Under the pieces are notes generated by a model, which saw only the letters and a program-made list of their open reading frames with translations, had not been told where the DNA came from and did no database searches. A stretch of 62,754 nucleotides of DNA, filler included, from Chrysochromulina tobinii (taxonomy: Eukaryota), in the NCBI GenBank assembly GCA_001275005.1. It is 8 parts of 8 records of this genome, joined end to end, with 100 filler letters (N's around TTAATTAATTAA, not from the genome) between each part and the next. Parts side by side here need not be neighbours in the genome. Positions count along the whole stretch, not along the records: positions 3,406 to 13,566 come from JWZX01001233.1; positions 13,667 to 23,295 come from JWZX01001234.1; 6 more parts are not named here. The stretch is one strand, 5' to 3'. Below, in pieces: positions 8,879 to 20,555 of this stretch. The position numbers and the translations under genes were made by a program. The first letter of the stretch is position 1. Each line of letters opens with the position of its first letter.

Positions 8879-11800
8879 ATGGTGTTGCTGGGCGCTCGCA
8901 CTATCCTATCCCATCCCATGTCTGTCGGCAGCAAGGTCTACTACACAGGCAGCGCGAGCGCCAAGGTCGACTTGCGATATGGGCAGTCGGGCACGGTCAC
9001 CTCTATCTTCGCGCATCCATCGCGAGGCCGCTTTGTCCGCGTGCTCTTCCTTGGGCACGGCGAGCCATTGATGTGCCGTGCAGAGGACCTAAGCATGGAA
9101 CCTTGCGGCGTGCTCAGCCGGAGTGGCTCTGTGGTCTCCGAAGCGACTGGCAACACGTCGATGGACCAGCCGTCCACCCCGCCCTCGCCTGCCCTCAGCG
9201 TTCTGCCCGCGCCCGCTAGCAGCGAGAGGCAGGAGGTCTCGCCGCCTTTGGACGACGGAGGCCGGATGCCCGTGGGAATGCCTGTGGAATTGCCTGTGGA
9301 ATTGGGCGGCGACGACGGCATCGTCCTGCGCGAGTTTACGGGCGTGCACGCGGAGTCGCCACCGCGAGCACCGATTCAGACACCACGGGCGCAGTTGGCG
9401 CGGCTCCTCGCCCAGGACGACGCCCGTTACGCCCAGGACGACGCTCCCCCGCCGCCCCCGCGAGCGCAGTTGGCGCAGCTGCTCGCACGCAACGCACAGG
9501 ACGCCCAGGACGCCCAGGACGACGCGCCCCCACCCCCGCGCCCAGCGCCAACGCCGACGCCCCCGCCCCCGGGACACAAGGACAGCCGCCCGATGCCACT
9601 AGAGCCCAGGACGGCGCCTCTCCCCCTTGCCGTTGTAATGCTCTCATGGCTGATGCTCTCGCTTCCGCTGCTCGCTGTGGGGGTCTGGACCTGGCGGAAG
9701 ACGGAGACTGGAAGCGTCGCCCACGCCGCCCTCCTCGTCCTCACCCTCACCCTCGCCCTCGCCCTCGCCGCCGCTGCCGCCGCCCTCAACGCGAATCGAC
9801 GCGCTCGCCACGGCGCCCTCGCCCCCACCGCCCTCAACCCCCCCACCGCCCTCGCCGCATCAAGCGCCGTACCGAGCGCCGGACCGAGCGCCGTACCAAG
9901 CGCCGTACCGAGCGCCGGACCGAGCGCCGTACCGAGCGCCGGACCGAGCGCCGTACCGAGCGCCGGCCCGCCTGAGTCGGAGGCGCCCCCGACACGACGA
10001 ACCCAACTGGCTCTGCTCCTCGCCCAGGACGACGCCCGTTACGCCCAGGACGACGCCAAAGACGCCCAGGACGACGCCAAAGACGCCCAGGACGACGCAC
10101 GGGACGCTCAGGACGACGCGCCCCCACCACCCCCGCGCCCAGCGCCAACACCGACGCCCCCGCCCCCGGGACACAAGGGCAGCCGCCCGATGCCGGTTGA
10201 GCCGCCTCTCCCCCTTGCCGTTGTAATGCTCACCCTGTGCATGCTCTCGCTTCCGCTGCTCACTCTGGGGGTCTGGACCTGGCGGAAGAGCGAGGCGCGG
10301 CGCTGGAACTCGGAACCTTCCAGGAACCTTCCGGGGACCTTCCAGGAACCTTCCAGGAAGAGCGAGGCGCGGCGCTTGGAGGCATCGGAGAGTGTGGCGC
10401 CCGGTACGGCGCCTGAGGCCGTTCAGATGGACGCCGTGCACGCGCACTCACCGACGATCTCGCCGCCCGAGGTGACGATCTCACTGCCCGAGGTCACGAT
10501 CTCGCCGCCCGAGGTGGCCAGCGCCGTGCCGAGCGACACGCCCTCGCCCGTGCCACCGCTGCCACCGCCCTCTCCGCCGCCATCTCCACCGCCATCTCCA
10601 CCGCCCTCGCCACCATCACCTTCGCCCACTCCCGCAGATGGTACGGCGCCCGATTCACCCGATACGACGCGTGCCTCCCCGGCGCGTCTTGCGGGCAGGT
10701 GCCCTTTGGGGTATGACGCCCAGGACGACGCGCAGGACGGTGCAGCGGCGCAAGTGACGGTAGAAGCAGAGCTGGCGCAAGCGAGATCAGAAGCAGATCG
10801 TTTGGGAGGGTCGAGATCGGAAGCAGATCGTGTGGGGCGCGAAGAGGAGGCAGACTACCATATTTGGCAAGCCGAGGAAGCTAAGAATACACACAACTTA
10901 GAGGCGGAGGTAGAGGCGGCGGCCAGCAGGGAGGCGGACGTAGAGGCGGCAGCCAGCAGTGAGGCGGAGGCAAAGGCGGCGGCCAGCAGTGAGGCGGAGG
11001 CAAAGGCGGCGGCCAGCAGTGAGGCGGAGGTAGAGGCGGCGGCCAGCAGTGAGGCGGAGGCAAAGGCGGCGGCCAGCAGTGAGGCGGAGGTAGAGGCGGC
11101 GGCCAGCAGTGAGGCGGAGGTAAAGGCGGCGGCCAGCAGTGAGGCGGAGACGGTCGCGGAGGCGGCCAAGGCCAAGGCGGGTGCACAGCAGCGCGGGAAG
11201 GTGGCCAAGATGGCGCAAGAGGCGGTACAGCGTGCTTCCGACCTGCTCGCTTGGTGTGAACGTTCACAGCGTGGGAAGGTGGCCAAGATGGCGCAAGAGG
11301 CGGCACAGCGTGCTTCCGACCTGCTCGCTTGGTGTGAACGTTCACAGCGTGCTTCCGGGCTGCTCAATCGTGCTTCGGGCTGGTGGAGCGAGATGCAACC
11401 TCGCGCTGCCACGTGGCTCGACGGGCTGGCGCTCCGTACCGATACGGCGCGCGTGTGGCTGGGCACTCACACGAGGCCGGCGCGAAGGTGGCTGGTCCAC
11501 CAAACTGTGAACGTTCACACCAAACTGTCACGAACGTGGCTGGCCCGCCATACCACCGCAGCGTTCACGTGGCTGGCGATGCAGACCGACCCGGCGCGCA
11601 CGTGGATGGGCAAGCGCACGAAGCCCGTGGCTGCGTTTGTGCGCAACCACGCCGCGCCGGCGCGTACGTGGATGGGCGGGCGTGCCGAGGAGGCGCGCAA
11701 TTGGCTCGGGAAACGGATCGTCAGGTTTCGTCAGTGTGCGCGCCATTGGCTCGGGAAGCGCGAACTGCATGCAGAATGGCTGGCCAACCAAACGGACACG

Positions 11801-11884
11801 GCGCGCACTTGGTTGGGAAGCTGTACCGTTGCAATTGGCACGTGGCTGGACCACCGTACCAAACCAGCTCGCGTTTGGGTATAA
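8879..11884 (+). CDS. Low-complexity repetitive membrane protein, function unknown
   Basis: 1001-aa ORF with three hydrophobic segments, a duplicated block (about 9390-9700 and 10005-10290), AQDD, PSAV/PSAG and EAEVEAAASS repeats, and about 11-aa Trp-periodic repeats at the C-terminus. Confidence 0.65.
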   Translation: MVLLGARTILSHPMSVGSKVYYTGSASAKVDLRYGQSGTVTSIFAHPSRGRFVRVLFLGHGEPLMCRAEDLSMEPCGVLSRSGSVVSEATGNTSMDQPSTPPSPALSVLPAPASSERQEVSPPLDDGGRMPVGMPVELPVELGGDDGIVLREFTGVHAESPPRAPIQTPRAQLARLLAQDDARYAQDDAPPPPPRAQLAQLLARNAQDAQDAQDDAPPPPRPAPTPTPPPPGHKDSRPMPLEPRTAPLPLAVVMLSWLMLSLPLLAVGVWTWRKTETGSVAHAALLVLTLTLALALAAAAAALNANRRARHGALAPTALNPPTALAASSAVPSAGPSAVPSAVPSAGPSAVPSAGPSAVPSAGPPESEAPPTRRTQLALLLAQDDARYAQDDAKDAQDDAKDAQDDARDAQDDAPPPPPRPAPTPTPPPPGHKGSRPMPVEPPLPLAVVMLTLCMLSLPLLTLGVWTWRKSEARRWNSEPSRNLPGTFQEPSRKSEARRLEASESVAPGTAPEAVQMDAVHAHSPTISPPEVTISLPEVTISPPEVASAVPSDTPSPVPPLPPPSPPPSPPPSPPPSPPSPSPTPADGTAPDSPDTTRASPARLAGRCPLGYDAQDDAQDGAAAQVTVEAELAQARSEADRLGGSRSEADRVGREEEADYHIWQAEEAKNTHNLEAEVEAAASREADVEAAASSEAEAKAAASSEAEAKAAASSEAEVEAAASSEAEAKAAASSEAEVEAAASSEAEVKAAASSEAETVAEAAKAKAGAQQRGKVAKMAQEAVQRASDLLAWCERSQRGKVAKMAQEAAQRASDLLAWCERSQRASGLLNRASGWWSEMQPRAATWLDGLALRTDTARVWLGTHTRPARRWLVHQTVNVHTKLSRTWLARHTTAAFTWLAMQTDPARTWMGKRTKPVAAFVRNHAAPARTWMGGRAEEARNWLGKRIVRFRQCARHWLGKRELHAEWLANQTDTARTWLGSCTVAIGTWLDHRTKPARVWV
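10901..11150 (+). repeat. 30-bp coding tandem repeat, about 8 copies
   Basis: Unit gaggcggagg(t/c)a(g/a)aggcggcggccagcagt. Confidence 0.9.
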
Positions 11885-12426
11885 TCGTATGCTCGGTATT
11901 GAAAATGGTAAATAGAAAAAGAAAATACCGTGAAGGTGTTATACCGTGTTTATCGACCGTGTTCGATCTAATCCACAAGTCACGGTGCTGGAAGCGCGGC
12001 GCCTTCGAACTCGAATTGACGACACTGAGTTCGGTTGCAGTGACGCCGACCCGATTGGCGTCGGTGATCGAGCGAATTATGATCGAGAGAGAGAGATTTC
12101 GAAACCTGAACGGAGTCTCCGATCCACAGTATGAACGAATTCCGATACAGTGCCACTTTTGTCACATTCACACACATGACCAGACCTCTAGCGAGCCCTA
12201 AGCGAGCCCATGGGTACAGTAGGTATCGTCTGAATACCAACTCATCTCGCGACATACAGGACTCGTCTCTGCTTACGCGTCGTGATGAGCCTATAAGTCT
12301 CCCGGCGTGGCGGCTGCTCCATGGCTTGTCATCTGCCGGCCGTCGCACGGTCGCTCGAGCTCACATCTCCCATCACGGCCCGAGGCGACAGCAAACCAGG
12401 ACACTCCCGGCGACCCAGTCGATAAA

Positions 12427-13566
12427 ATGGCGGACTTGGACGGTGTGCCTTTGCAGTGGGTGCAGTGCTTTGACATCGCACTCGTGCTGCTCAGGCTCGC
12501 GTCGCTCGTCTTTGCGGTTTGCTCGACGCGGAACCTCTTCGGCCCGAACGAGTGCTTCGCCTTGGCCTTGCTCGCGATCATCGTCCCGCGCGTGAGTGTC
12601 ATGGCGATGACGGCACCACCCGATGGCGATGGGACTGGTGCGCATTGGGCAGAGTCGGCGCGGACGCCGCCGTTGCGGCATCGGGCAGAGTCGGCGCAGA
12701 TACCGCCGCTGCAGCCGCGGCCGCTCGTCAACGGCCGCCTGCACGGCTGTGCTACGCTTCCGCTCGTGGTAAGTCTCACACAAGCCCGGCCTCCTTCCTA
12801 CACTTCACGTGCTACGAGCGCACTCCTCCTGGTGCTCCTTGCGCTTCCCGGAAGTCGCGGCTCCAAGCTCCCCATCGAGAAACCCAATCCTGCGGAGCGG
12901 AGGAGCGCTCGTCATCAGCATACGCCGGACGCGCTGGATTCCACTTTGAAGATTATCACTGTGCCAAGCGGGCTGATGCAGCACATGCTCGATGCTGGAG
13001 AGCTGGTGTCCAAGGGAGGTCCCATGATGGCGCCGGACTTGTCTGCGGTCCATCGAAGTGGAGACGAGCAGTTGTCCCTCCTCTCAGTTGACCTCAAGCT
13101 CTTCAAGGAGCAGCTCGAGGGAAAGAGGGGGGTCGAGCAGCCCATCGCTTACGTTGAGGCGGATGTTCTCGACGACGTCGGGGAGCACGTTGGGAGGCGC
13201 CTCGAGCGCCGCAGGCTCTGTTGCACCGGCTGCGGCTGCGGCTGCGGAGCTTGTTGCTGCTCTTGCCATTGCCACCACCCGCACCACCCGCACCATCCGC
13301 ACCACCCGCACCACCCGCACCATCCGCACCATCCGCATACCCCGCACACTCACTACCCTCCCCCACCATCGCCACCGCCACCTATGCCACCACCATCGCC
13401 ACCGCCACCTATGCCACCACCGCCCTCGCTGCCGCCCTTTCCCCCGCCGCCCCCCTCACCGCCCTCGCTGCCGCCCTCTCCCCCACCGCCCTCGCCCCCG
13501 CCCTCGCCGCCGCCCACGCCACCGCCCTCTCCCCCGCCGCTCTCACCCCCGCCCTCGCCGCCGCCG
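12427..13566 (+). CDS. Putative secreted/surface protein with Cys-rich, (HHP)n and extensin-like Pro-rich tracts, 3'-partial
   Basis: Hydrophobic segments, then GRRLERRRL-CCTGCGCGCGACCCSCHC-(HHP)6-...SPPPP running into the gap. Exon structure of the 5' part is uncertain (possible GTAAGT donor near 12769). Confidence 0.65.
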
Positions 13567-13930
13567 NNNNNNNNNNNNNNNNNNNNNNNNNNNNNNNNNN
13601 NNNNNNNNNNTTAATTAATTAANNNNNNNNNNNNNNNNNNNNNNNNNNNNNNNNNNNNNNNNNNNNGGTCGCGGTCGCGGTGGTCGGATTCCGCGCCGGG
13701 TGCGCCGGGTGGCCCGCGCGGGCCGTACTGCCCGGTCCCCGGGGGCGCCGCTGCGCGCTGGTCTATCGCCTTTCGATAGACGATACTCAAACTCATGCAC
13801 GGCATACACTGAATCCACCACATACCGTACTCTCCAAAACAATGCGTCGCTCTGGGACGAGTACCCATCTCTGATCTCACTCACTCATCATCCCGGGCGC
13901 GCCGCGGTCTCCGCACCAGTATGTGGGCCC

Positions 13931-16076
13931 TCACGAGAGCACCATCGGCATCACCGACATCGGCATCGCACGGCTGAGCGATTTGTGCGCACCGCCGGAC
14001 TTCACGAGAAGCGGCGAGCTTGGCATGCCCTCGGCGCGGCTCAAGCGCTCGAGGAAGGCATCAGCCGGCATCGCGCCGAAGCTCTCGGACAGTTTGAGGC
14101 TGCCGAGCGAGCTAGTCAAGCCGCCAAAGCTGGGTCCCTTGGCAGGAGTGGGCGCGCTCATCCCCGAGCGCTGCGCCTCGATCGCCCGGATCGCCTGCTC
14201 CGCTGCACTCAGACCGTCCTCCTCGCCCTCATGAAGCGACGAGTCTAGCGACTTGGCCTTCAGGTCCGAGGGCTTCCAGGAGGCCTTGCTGAACAGTCCG
14301 TCGTCACGCAGCGCTGCCCCTTTGGTCGCACCCTTGGCATCGGCGGCGGTAGCCTGCTGGGCGTAGGCCTTGGCATTAAAGGCGGCGGGCGCGGCGATCG
14401 CGTCGGTGGCACCGAGCAGCAGCTGCATCGCCTGCGGCGTGGCGCGCTCAGGCTCTTCATCGGCGACGGAGGGCTTGTCAGACGTCGGCTCACCAAGCAT
14501 CACATCGACAAGCATCACATCGAGGCTCGAACGCTCGGGCGACGCCACCTCTGCATCGAGAGCTGCGGCCTTTGGCTTTGCCTTGGGCTTGAGAGCGTCG
14601 CGCGTGGACAAGGGCACGGTCTGTTCCGTCTGCTCCTCCGTGGCAGCCGGCGGTCCCTTGGGCGCTGCAGGCTTCTTGCCGCCGAGGAGGGCCATCGCCT
14701 TGAGAGCCTCGGTCGCGTCCGCAGGTCCGCGCGATGAGCGGCGCTCCGAGTGGTCGCCGCTAGTACGGGCCGACTCGCGACCCCCGCGAACCGAGTGCGG
14801 CGCTTTGGCGAGTCGGAGGCTCTCCTGTTCCTTGAGGATCCTCTCCTCCTTGGCGAGCCTCTCCTCCTCAACCTTCTTCCAGTGCTCCTCGCGCTTGGCC
14901 TTGCGAGCCTCGAGCGCAGCGCTCTTGGACTCGGCCTCCTGGTCCAGCTGGCCGCGCAGCCGCACCGGCCGCCGGTCGACTGCCTGCAAGGTCTTGTTTG
15001 CCTTGGGCGAGTGTTTCTTGGGGAGGTGCTTGAGCTCCTTGCGCAGCTCGTCAATCTCGGCATCCTTGGCATCGAGCATCTCGCGCAGCTCGTCGAGCTG
15101 CTCGCGTGTCATCTCGTGCTCCTCTCGCGAGTGCGCGAGCGCCTCCTCGGCCGCTGCCAATTTTGTCTCTGCCTCGGCCACGCGCTGTTCGGCACGCTTG
15201 GTGATCCACTCGGCTTTGCGCATCGCCTCGGCCGCGGTCGTCTCAGCTGCCTCTTTGGCCACGAGGGCATCTGCCGCCTCCGCCTCCGCCTTGGCACGCA
15301 TCTCGTCGAGGCCCTTGAGGCACCGGCGCCGCCTTTGCACCCGCCACCGCCCCCAGCCCGAGCGCTTTGCTCCATTCGGCCGCCTTTTCGTCAAGAGGAT
15401 CCACGGGCTTCGGTTTCGTCTTCTTGGGCTGTGGCGTGGCCGTGGCGTACATCGAGCCCGGACCGGCGTCGAAGCGGCCCTTGGTTGTGGGCGCAAAACC
15501 GGGAGACGGTTTCGATGCGTTCTTGCCGCCGAAGGAGTCGTAGTCGTTCGGATTGAATGTGGGCGCGGGCGTCGCCTTGGCCGCGCTGCTGTACATGGAG
15601 CCCGGCCCGCTGTCGAAGCGGCCCTTGCTCGTGGGCGCAAAGGCGGACGAGGGCTTTTCTCTGCCTGCGCTCGAGGGGCCGCCCCCACCTAGCGGGTTGC
15701 TGCTCTCGGGCGAGCCACCGGCCTTTGGCGAAGCGAGGGCACCCTTGGGCGACTTGAGCGCGGCACCGACCGGACGCTGGCGCGGTGCGGAGGCTGCACG
15801 TGGCTTCGGGGTGGTGACGTCCAGCCCACTGCCCGTGGTGGATGTAGGCACGTCAGGCTGTTGCTTCTGTTCCGTCTGCACCGGCGCCGGGCGAGCCCTG
15901 GGGGCTGGCGACGAGCGCGCTGGGCGCGCGGGGCTCTTGCCACGGGCGACGGGCACGTCGGCATCGGCAGCTTTGACTGGTGCGGGGGGTGCAATTTTGC
16001 GCTCGATATCATGGCCGATGCCTCCGAAGCTGGAGAAGCGGTCCTTCTTCTTGTGCTGGGCCGGCGCGAAAGACAT
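13931..16076 (-). CDS. SHIPPO-like repeat plus coiled-coil protein (probably cytoskeletal/flagellar), one frameshift near 15311
   Basis: ORF 15243-16076 (two SxxFAPTxKGRFDxGPGSMY repeats) joins the coiled-coil frame of ORF 13931-15688 (LDEMRAKAEAE...ELRKELK) if one G is removed at CAAGGGCCTC. Confidence 0.6.
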
Positions 16077-16318
16077 TGCGAGAAGAGGACGGACGGCGAG
16101 TCGGGCTTTAGCGAGTCCGCGTCCGCGGCGTTGATTCCAAATTTACAACGCGCTCGGTTTCCTGTTTTCTTCGAAAAGGGGAGTTCACGCCCACCCCCGT
16201 GGGACTACGGTGTTGTGTGTGTCTCCCTTGATATCGTTGTGTGACATGACCATCTCACCTCGTACCGGTAATTATGACGAAATTGTAACACGAAAGGGTG
16301 CGTACGTCGCCGAGAAAA

Positions 16319-19300
16319 ATGACTTCGACCCCAACGGAGGTCACGGACCCCGAATTCACGCGCGCTCTTCTCGCCAATCTGGTCAGTGGCACCAGGACGA
16401 GCAACTCGCTCCCGTCAACGGAGGACGGCTACGCGACTGCTTTCTCAGGCTACAACGCTTCGATGGCAGCGATGGGTTCCCGTCTTAATAGCATGATGCA
16501 GGGCTTCATGGACCAGCATCAGGTGCCGATTACCGGCGCGATCGACGACGTCTCTGCACGCTTCGACTCCGTGGTCGAGCTCTCAGATCGTCTACTCGAT
16601 CGAGTCGACCAAGACTTGGACCGTCAGGAGGTTGTGCAAATGGCTCCATCCACCTTGCAATTGGCAGCGGGCACGCGGGTGAGCAGCGTTGCCTTGCTGT
16701 TAGACTCCGCCCGTCGTGCAGCGCCCGCCGCGGGCACCGCACCCGCACCGGCCATGGTTGCGAACAAGCCGCAGCAACGCTGGCGAGACGAGGTGGACAA
16801 CTCCTCGCGACCTTTCGTGCCAAAGCTCCGGTCCAAGCCGAACGCCATCTTGCCGCTCGAGCTTCGGCTTGAGCAACCCGACGAATCCGGACGGGACCTG
16901 TCCCCGTTGTCGGCCCTCGGCACCGCAGCTTCGTCGGCGCGCCCGCAGCCCGCGGCTTGGTATGCAAATCCATACACGCCCGAGATCAATGCGTTTGTGC
17001 CCTCTGAGGAGCAACTCAGTTCCGGGCGAGAGCAGCTCTACATGCCTCTGCACGCGACGCCCTGCACATGGGTGGACACGAATGCTGCGCTGCAGCAGCT
17101 GCGCGCCCGGCTTGTGACCGTGTCCGAGTTTGCGATCGACCTCGAGTGCCACGCGTTCCGATCGTACCGAGGCTTTGTGTGCCTCATGCAGATTTCTACG
17201 CGCGAGGAAGACTTCCTCATCGATACGCTTGAGCTACGGTCTTCCTTGCACGTGCTCAACGACTCCTTCACCGATCCGCGCATCGCCAAGGTCATGCATG
17301 GCGCCGACTCTGACGTCATCTGGCTGCAGCGTGACTTCGGCCTTTATCTCGTCGGGCTTTTCGATACCGGACAGGCGATGCGCGTGCTCGAGTTCCAGTC
17401 GTTTGCCCTTGCGCACTTGCTCAAGCATTACTGTGGCGTCACCGCCAACAAAAGCCTCCAAATGGCTGACTGGCGGCTGCGTCCGCTTACCGACGAGATG
17501 GCAACTTACGCGCGCGAGGACACGCACTACCTTCTCTACATCTATGACCGGATGAGAGCTGATCTTGCCCCGTCGGGCCGCTGTCTCGCCGTATGGCAGA
17601 GGTCAGCAGAGCTCTGTCGTCAGGCATATAAGACGCCCCAATTCGATCCCGACGGGCATACTACGCTCGCGCGTCGCCAGAACGTGCAGCTCAACTCGTC
17701 GCAGATGGCGGTGCTCCAAGCTCTGTACGCCTGGCGCGACGTTTTCGCTCGCGAGGAGGACGAGAGCCCGGACTATGTGCTACCAAAGCACCAGCTCTTT
17801 CGTCTCGCGATTGGCATGCCACAGACCCCCGAGCAGTTGCACGCTGTCTGCCATCCGCTGCCTCCTCTTCTGCAGTACAGAGCCACTTCACTGCTGACCA
17901 CCATTCGAAACGCGATGGTGGAGACGGCACCTGCAGACAAGTGTTCGCAGCCGTCACCTCAGGTGTCTGCTAGCCCACGCGCTTTTGCAGGGAACCCGTT
18001 ATCTGGTAGCATTGCTGGGAGCGCGTGCCCTGTGCTGCTGAGCTCGTCCGCTGGGATGGCCACCACTCATCCGATGCAGCCTTCGCTCAATGCACATGCA
18101 GCGAGCTTCAACGCGCTGCCATCGGAAATGCCTTCTCTTGCAGTCTGCTCGTCGCCCATGCTGACTGCTGGCAATGCTGGACCACCTGCAGTGTCACACA
18201 GCCTCTCGGCATCCGCCGGTGGACGCCCAGCATCCGGTCGTAGCGTGCGTTGCCCGCCGGCGCCCACGCGCTCGCCTCCACTCCCTCTGGAGCATGTATA
18301 TACGGCTGCAGGGTGGGTTGGCAACGGTCCTGAGGAACTCACCAGGGCTTTGTTGCCGGGCGGACGTGATCGCAACGCGGCTTCCCTGAGCGAGGCCAAC
18401 AGTGGTGCTTTCGTCGATTGGTCAGAGGGCTCAAGCGGTGACGACGACGACGTTGGTGAGCCCCTTGAAGAAGGTGAGGACGCGCGCACAGCGCGCTCGG
18501 TGGAGCGGCACCTCACGAGCTCTTCGCTGTGGGTGCTCAGCATGTTTGCTCCTGCCGCACATGGTGCAGGTCCTGCTGCCGCCAGCAACGCAGATTCAGG
18601 GTCACTGGCCACTGGAGAACGTGGCGAAGAGCATGCAGTGCCTCGATCTCTCAACGAAATCTATAAGCTCTCGAATCAAAACAAAAGGCGCGGTGCGGCC
18701 GTCCGGCGGCCATCAGAGGAAGTTCCTCAAGATCTTGAAGATAGCAAGGCCGACGGCGAAATTTCAAGCGAAGGAGACGAGGACCTCCAACCATTTGAAG
18801 AGGAAGAGGAGGAGCTTGATGAAGACGAGGCGGATGGCTCTAAACGCCCTCGAGCAACGGAAGAGGCGAGCTGGATCGCCGAGCCCAGTGACACAGAGGA
18901 CTTCATGCGCCGGATCGGATGGCTTCGCCCCGATGCTGAGATGCCCACTGGTAGCGAGTCCTCACCAGCCGATTTCGTTCGTGCAAATGGCAGCGGCAGT
19001 GGCTCTCTCCGCCCAGTTGGAAGCGAGGGCCTCGAGTTGGGTTTTGGTAGTGGAGGCCTTCAGGCTGGCGATCCACCACCTCTGCCGTTCCAGCGGCAGC
19101 TTCCACCGCACATGCCAGGGCGACTCGGCGGAGGTCCGTCCGGCGTCACTGAGCAAGCACCAGTGTCCATAGCCTCGTCAATAGGCTCCGTGCCGCAGCA
19201 ACCTGCTCTTGCACAACTGCTGGCTCCCCGGCCACACTCGCAGCAGCCATCGTCCGGCAGCCCGAGCCACAGCGACGCTCAGGAAATGTCAGACAAGAAG

Positions 19301-19609
19301 GCTCGAGCGCGACCCCACAAGCGTGGAACACGCGCGGGCGGTGCGTTCGGGAGCGGCGAAGTTGGCGCTGGCTTTGACTACGATGCCGCTGCTGCCAACG
19401 CGCCGTTCGTATACTCCATGAGCAACGCGCAGGGCGGCAGCAACGGAGCACCGCCTCGGGGGCCCACACACGGAGGGAAAGGGACGGGGGGGGGCGCTGG
19501 AGCAGGAGGTGGCAAGCGCCAACCGCCGCCGTCGAGTGGCAATCGGTCGATGAGCTTTGCTCCATCCGGCCCGATGCAAGGCAAGGGTGGTGGCGGACGA
19601 CGATATTGA
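16319..19609 (+). CDS. RRP6: Exosome 3'-5' exonuclease RRP6/EXOSC10 (PMC2NT, DEDDy exonuclease, HRDC, disordered tail)
   Basis: Motifs KPQQRW..DNSSRPFVPKLRSKPNA, FAIDLECHAFRSYRGFVCLMQISTR, HGADSDVIWLQRDFG, ADWRLRPL..M..YAREDTHYLLYIYD and the HRDC LYAWRD..AREEDESPDYVLP. Intronless; ATG at 16319. Confidence 0.95.
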   Translation: MTSTPTEVTDPEFTRALLANLVSGTRTSNSLPSTEDGYATAFSGYNASMAAMGSRLNSMMQGFMDQHQVPITGAIDDVSARFDSVVELSDRLLDRVDQDLDRQEVVQMAPSTLQLAAGTRVSSVALLLDSARRAAPAAGTAPAPAMVANKPQQRWRDEVDNSSRPFVPKLRSKPNAILPLELRLEQPDESGRDLSPLSALGTAASSARPQPAAWYANPYTPEINAFVPSEEQLSSGREQLYMPLHATPCTWVDTNAALQQLRARLVTVSEFAIDLECHAFRSYRGFVCLMQISTREEDFLIDTLELRSSLHVLNDSFTDPRIAKVMHGADSDVIWLQRDFGLYLVGLFDTGQAMRVLEFQSFALAHLLKHYCGVTANKSLQMADWRLRPLTDEMATYAREDTHYLLYIYDRMRADLAPSGRCLAVWQRSAELCRQAYKTPQFDPDGHTTLARRQNVQLNSSQMAVLQALYAWRDVFAREEDESPDYVLPKHQLFRLAIGMPQTPEQLHAVCHPLPPLLQYRATSLLTTIRNAMVETAPADKCSQPSPQVSASPRAFAGNPLSGSIAGSACPVLLSSSAGMATTHPMQPSLNAHAASFNALPSEMPSLAVCSSPMLTAGNAGPPAVSHSLSASAGGRPASGRSVRCPPAPTRSPPLPLEHVYTAAGWVGNGPEELTRALLPGGRDRNAASLSEANSGAFVDWSEGSSGDDDDVGEPLEEGEDARTARSVERHLTSSSLWVLSMFAPAAHGAGPAAASNADSGSLATGERGEEHAVPRSLNEIYKLSNQNKRRGAAVRRPSEEVPQDLEDSKADGEISSEGDEDLQPFEEEEEELDEDEADGSKRPRATEEASWIAEPSDTEDFMRRIGWLRPDAEMPTGSESSPADFVRANGSGSGSLRPVGSEGLELGFGSGGLQAGDPPPLPFQRQLPPHMPGRLGGGPSGVTEQAPVSIASSIGSVPQQPALAQLLAPRPHSQQPSSGSPSHSDAQEMSDKKARARPHKRGTRAGGAFGSGEVGAGFDYDAAAANAPFVYSMSNAQGGSNGAPPRGPTHGGKGTGGGAGAGGGKRQPPPSSGNRSMSFAPSGPMQGKGGGGRRY

Positions 19610-20555
19610 AGGAGGCGCGATCCAAGTTTGTCACGCGAGAACACCCACAGTCAGTGATTGCAACGTGCGACACTAGTCGACGCACGCACGACGCACACGA
19701 CGACGCGCGCGTCGTGCGCGCGCGTGCGTGTGCTCTCGCTCGCTCGGAGCCCCGCCCGGTCGGAGCGGAGAGGACATGTGGTTGCGCCTGTGGCTTCCAC
19801 ATGCGGGTTGCGTGGCAAGAGACTGTGTTCCTGCCTGAGTGCGTACGGAAGAGGGGGATGCGATGGCGGAATGGCCGATGCTACGAACGAATGCACATGA
19901 TTGTGGCAGACTTAATGATTATGTGTGATCGGACAAGCCGTTGGTCCGTGGAGATGGTGCTGATTTCGCACGGGCTCTACGGCGGTTGGCTGTGGCTTCG
20001 GCAGAACTGTGACAGAACACATCGACAGAACACAGGTGACAGGGCCGAGGTCGTACGTTCAAGACGGTGGGAGAAAACAGGCTCACGCTTTCAGGGGCGG
20101 GGCATGGGTGACCTGTGTGTGATATCGCCTCGGGTCAACTCTCACATGATCTCACATCTCGTCATCTTAGCTCATCTGTCCGGACTCCCACCTGCAAAGC
20201 ACAACGCATGACCGGTATACAGTTTACACATGAAGATGTCCCGGATGTCGAGAAAGCGTCAAAGGATACAAAGGAGTTATAATTGTCCTATTGACGGAAA
20301 AACATGTTTGTTGTTTCCCGATCTCGCGCCCCGCTTTAAAGCGTAGCCCTATAGCGCTAGTGTAGCCATCGAGTTTGTAGCCAGGGGGTGTGTGAGCAAC
20401 GTACCGCGCAGACGCTCTGTCGTCGAGCTCTGCGCGATTTGCTTCAGTTGTCTGTGACTCATGTGCTCTTCACCTATCCTCCTCTTAGTAGGGCGCGTGG
20501 CACACCCGGCGGCCCTACGTACACACCGTACGGGGTACGGCGGCCCGCGTTGATC

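Noticed and set aside
13761..13781. 8-bp perfect hairpin gtctatcg-ccttt-cgatagac
   Set aside because: A single short stem with no supporting context; expected by chance in 60 kb.
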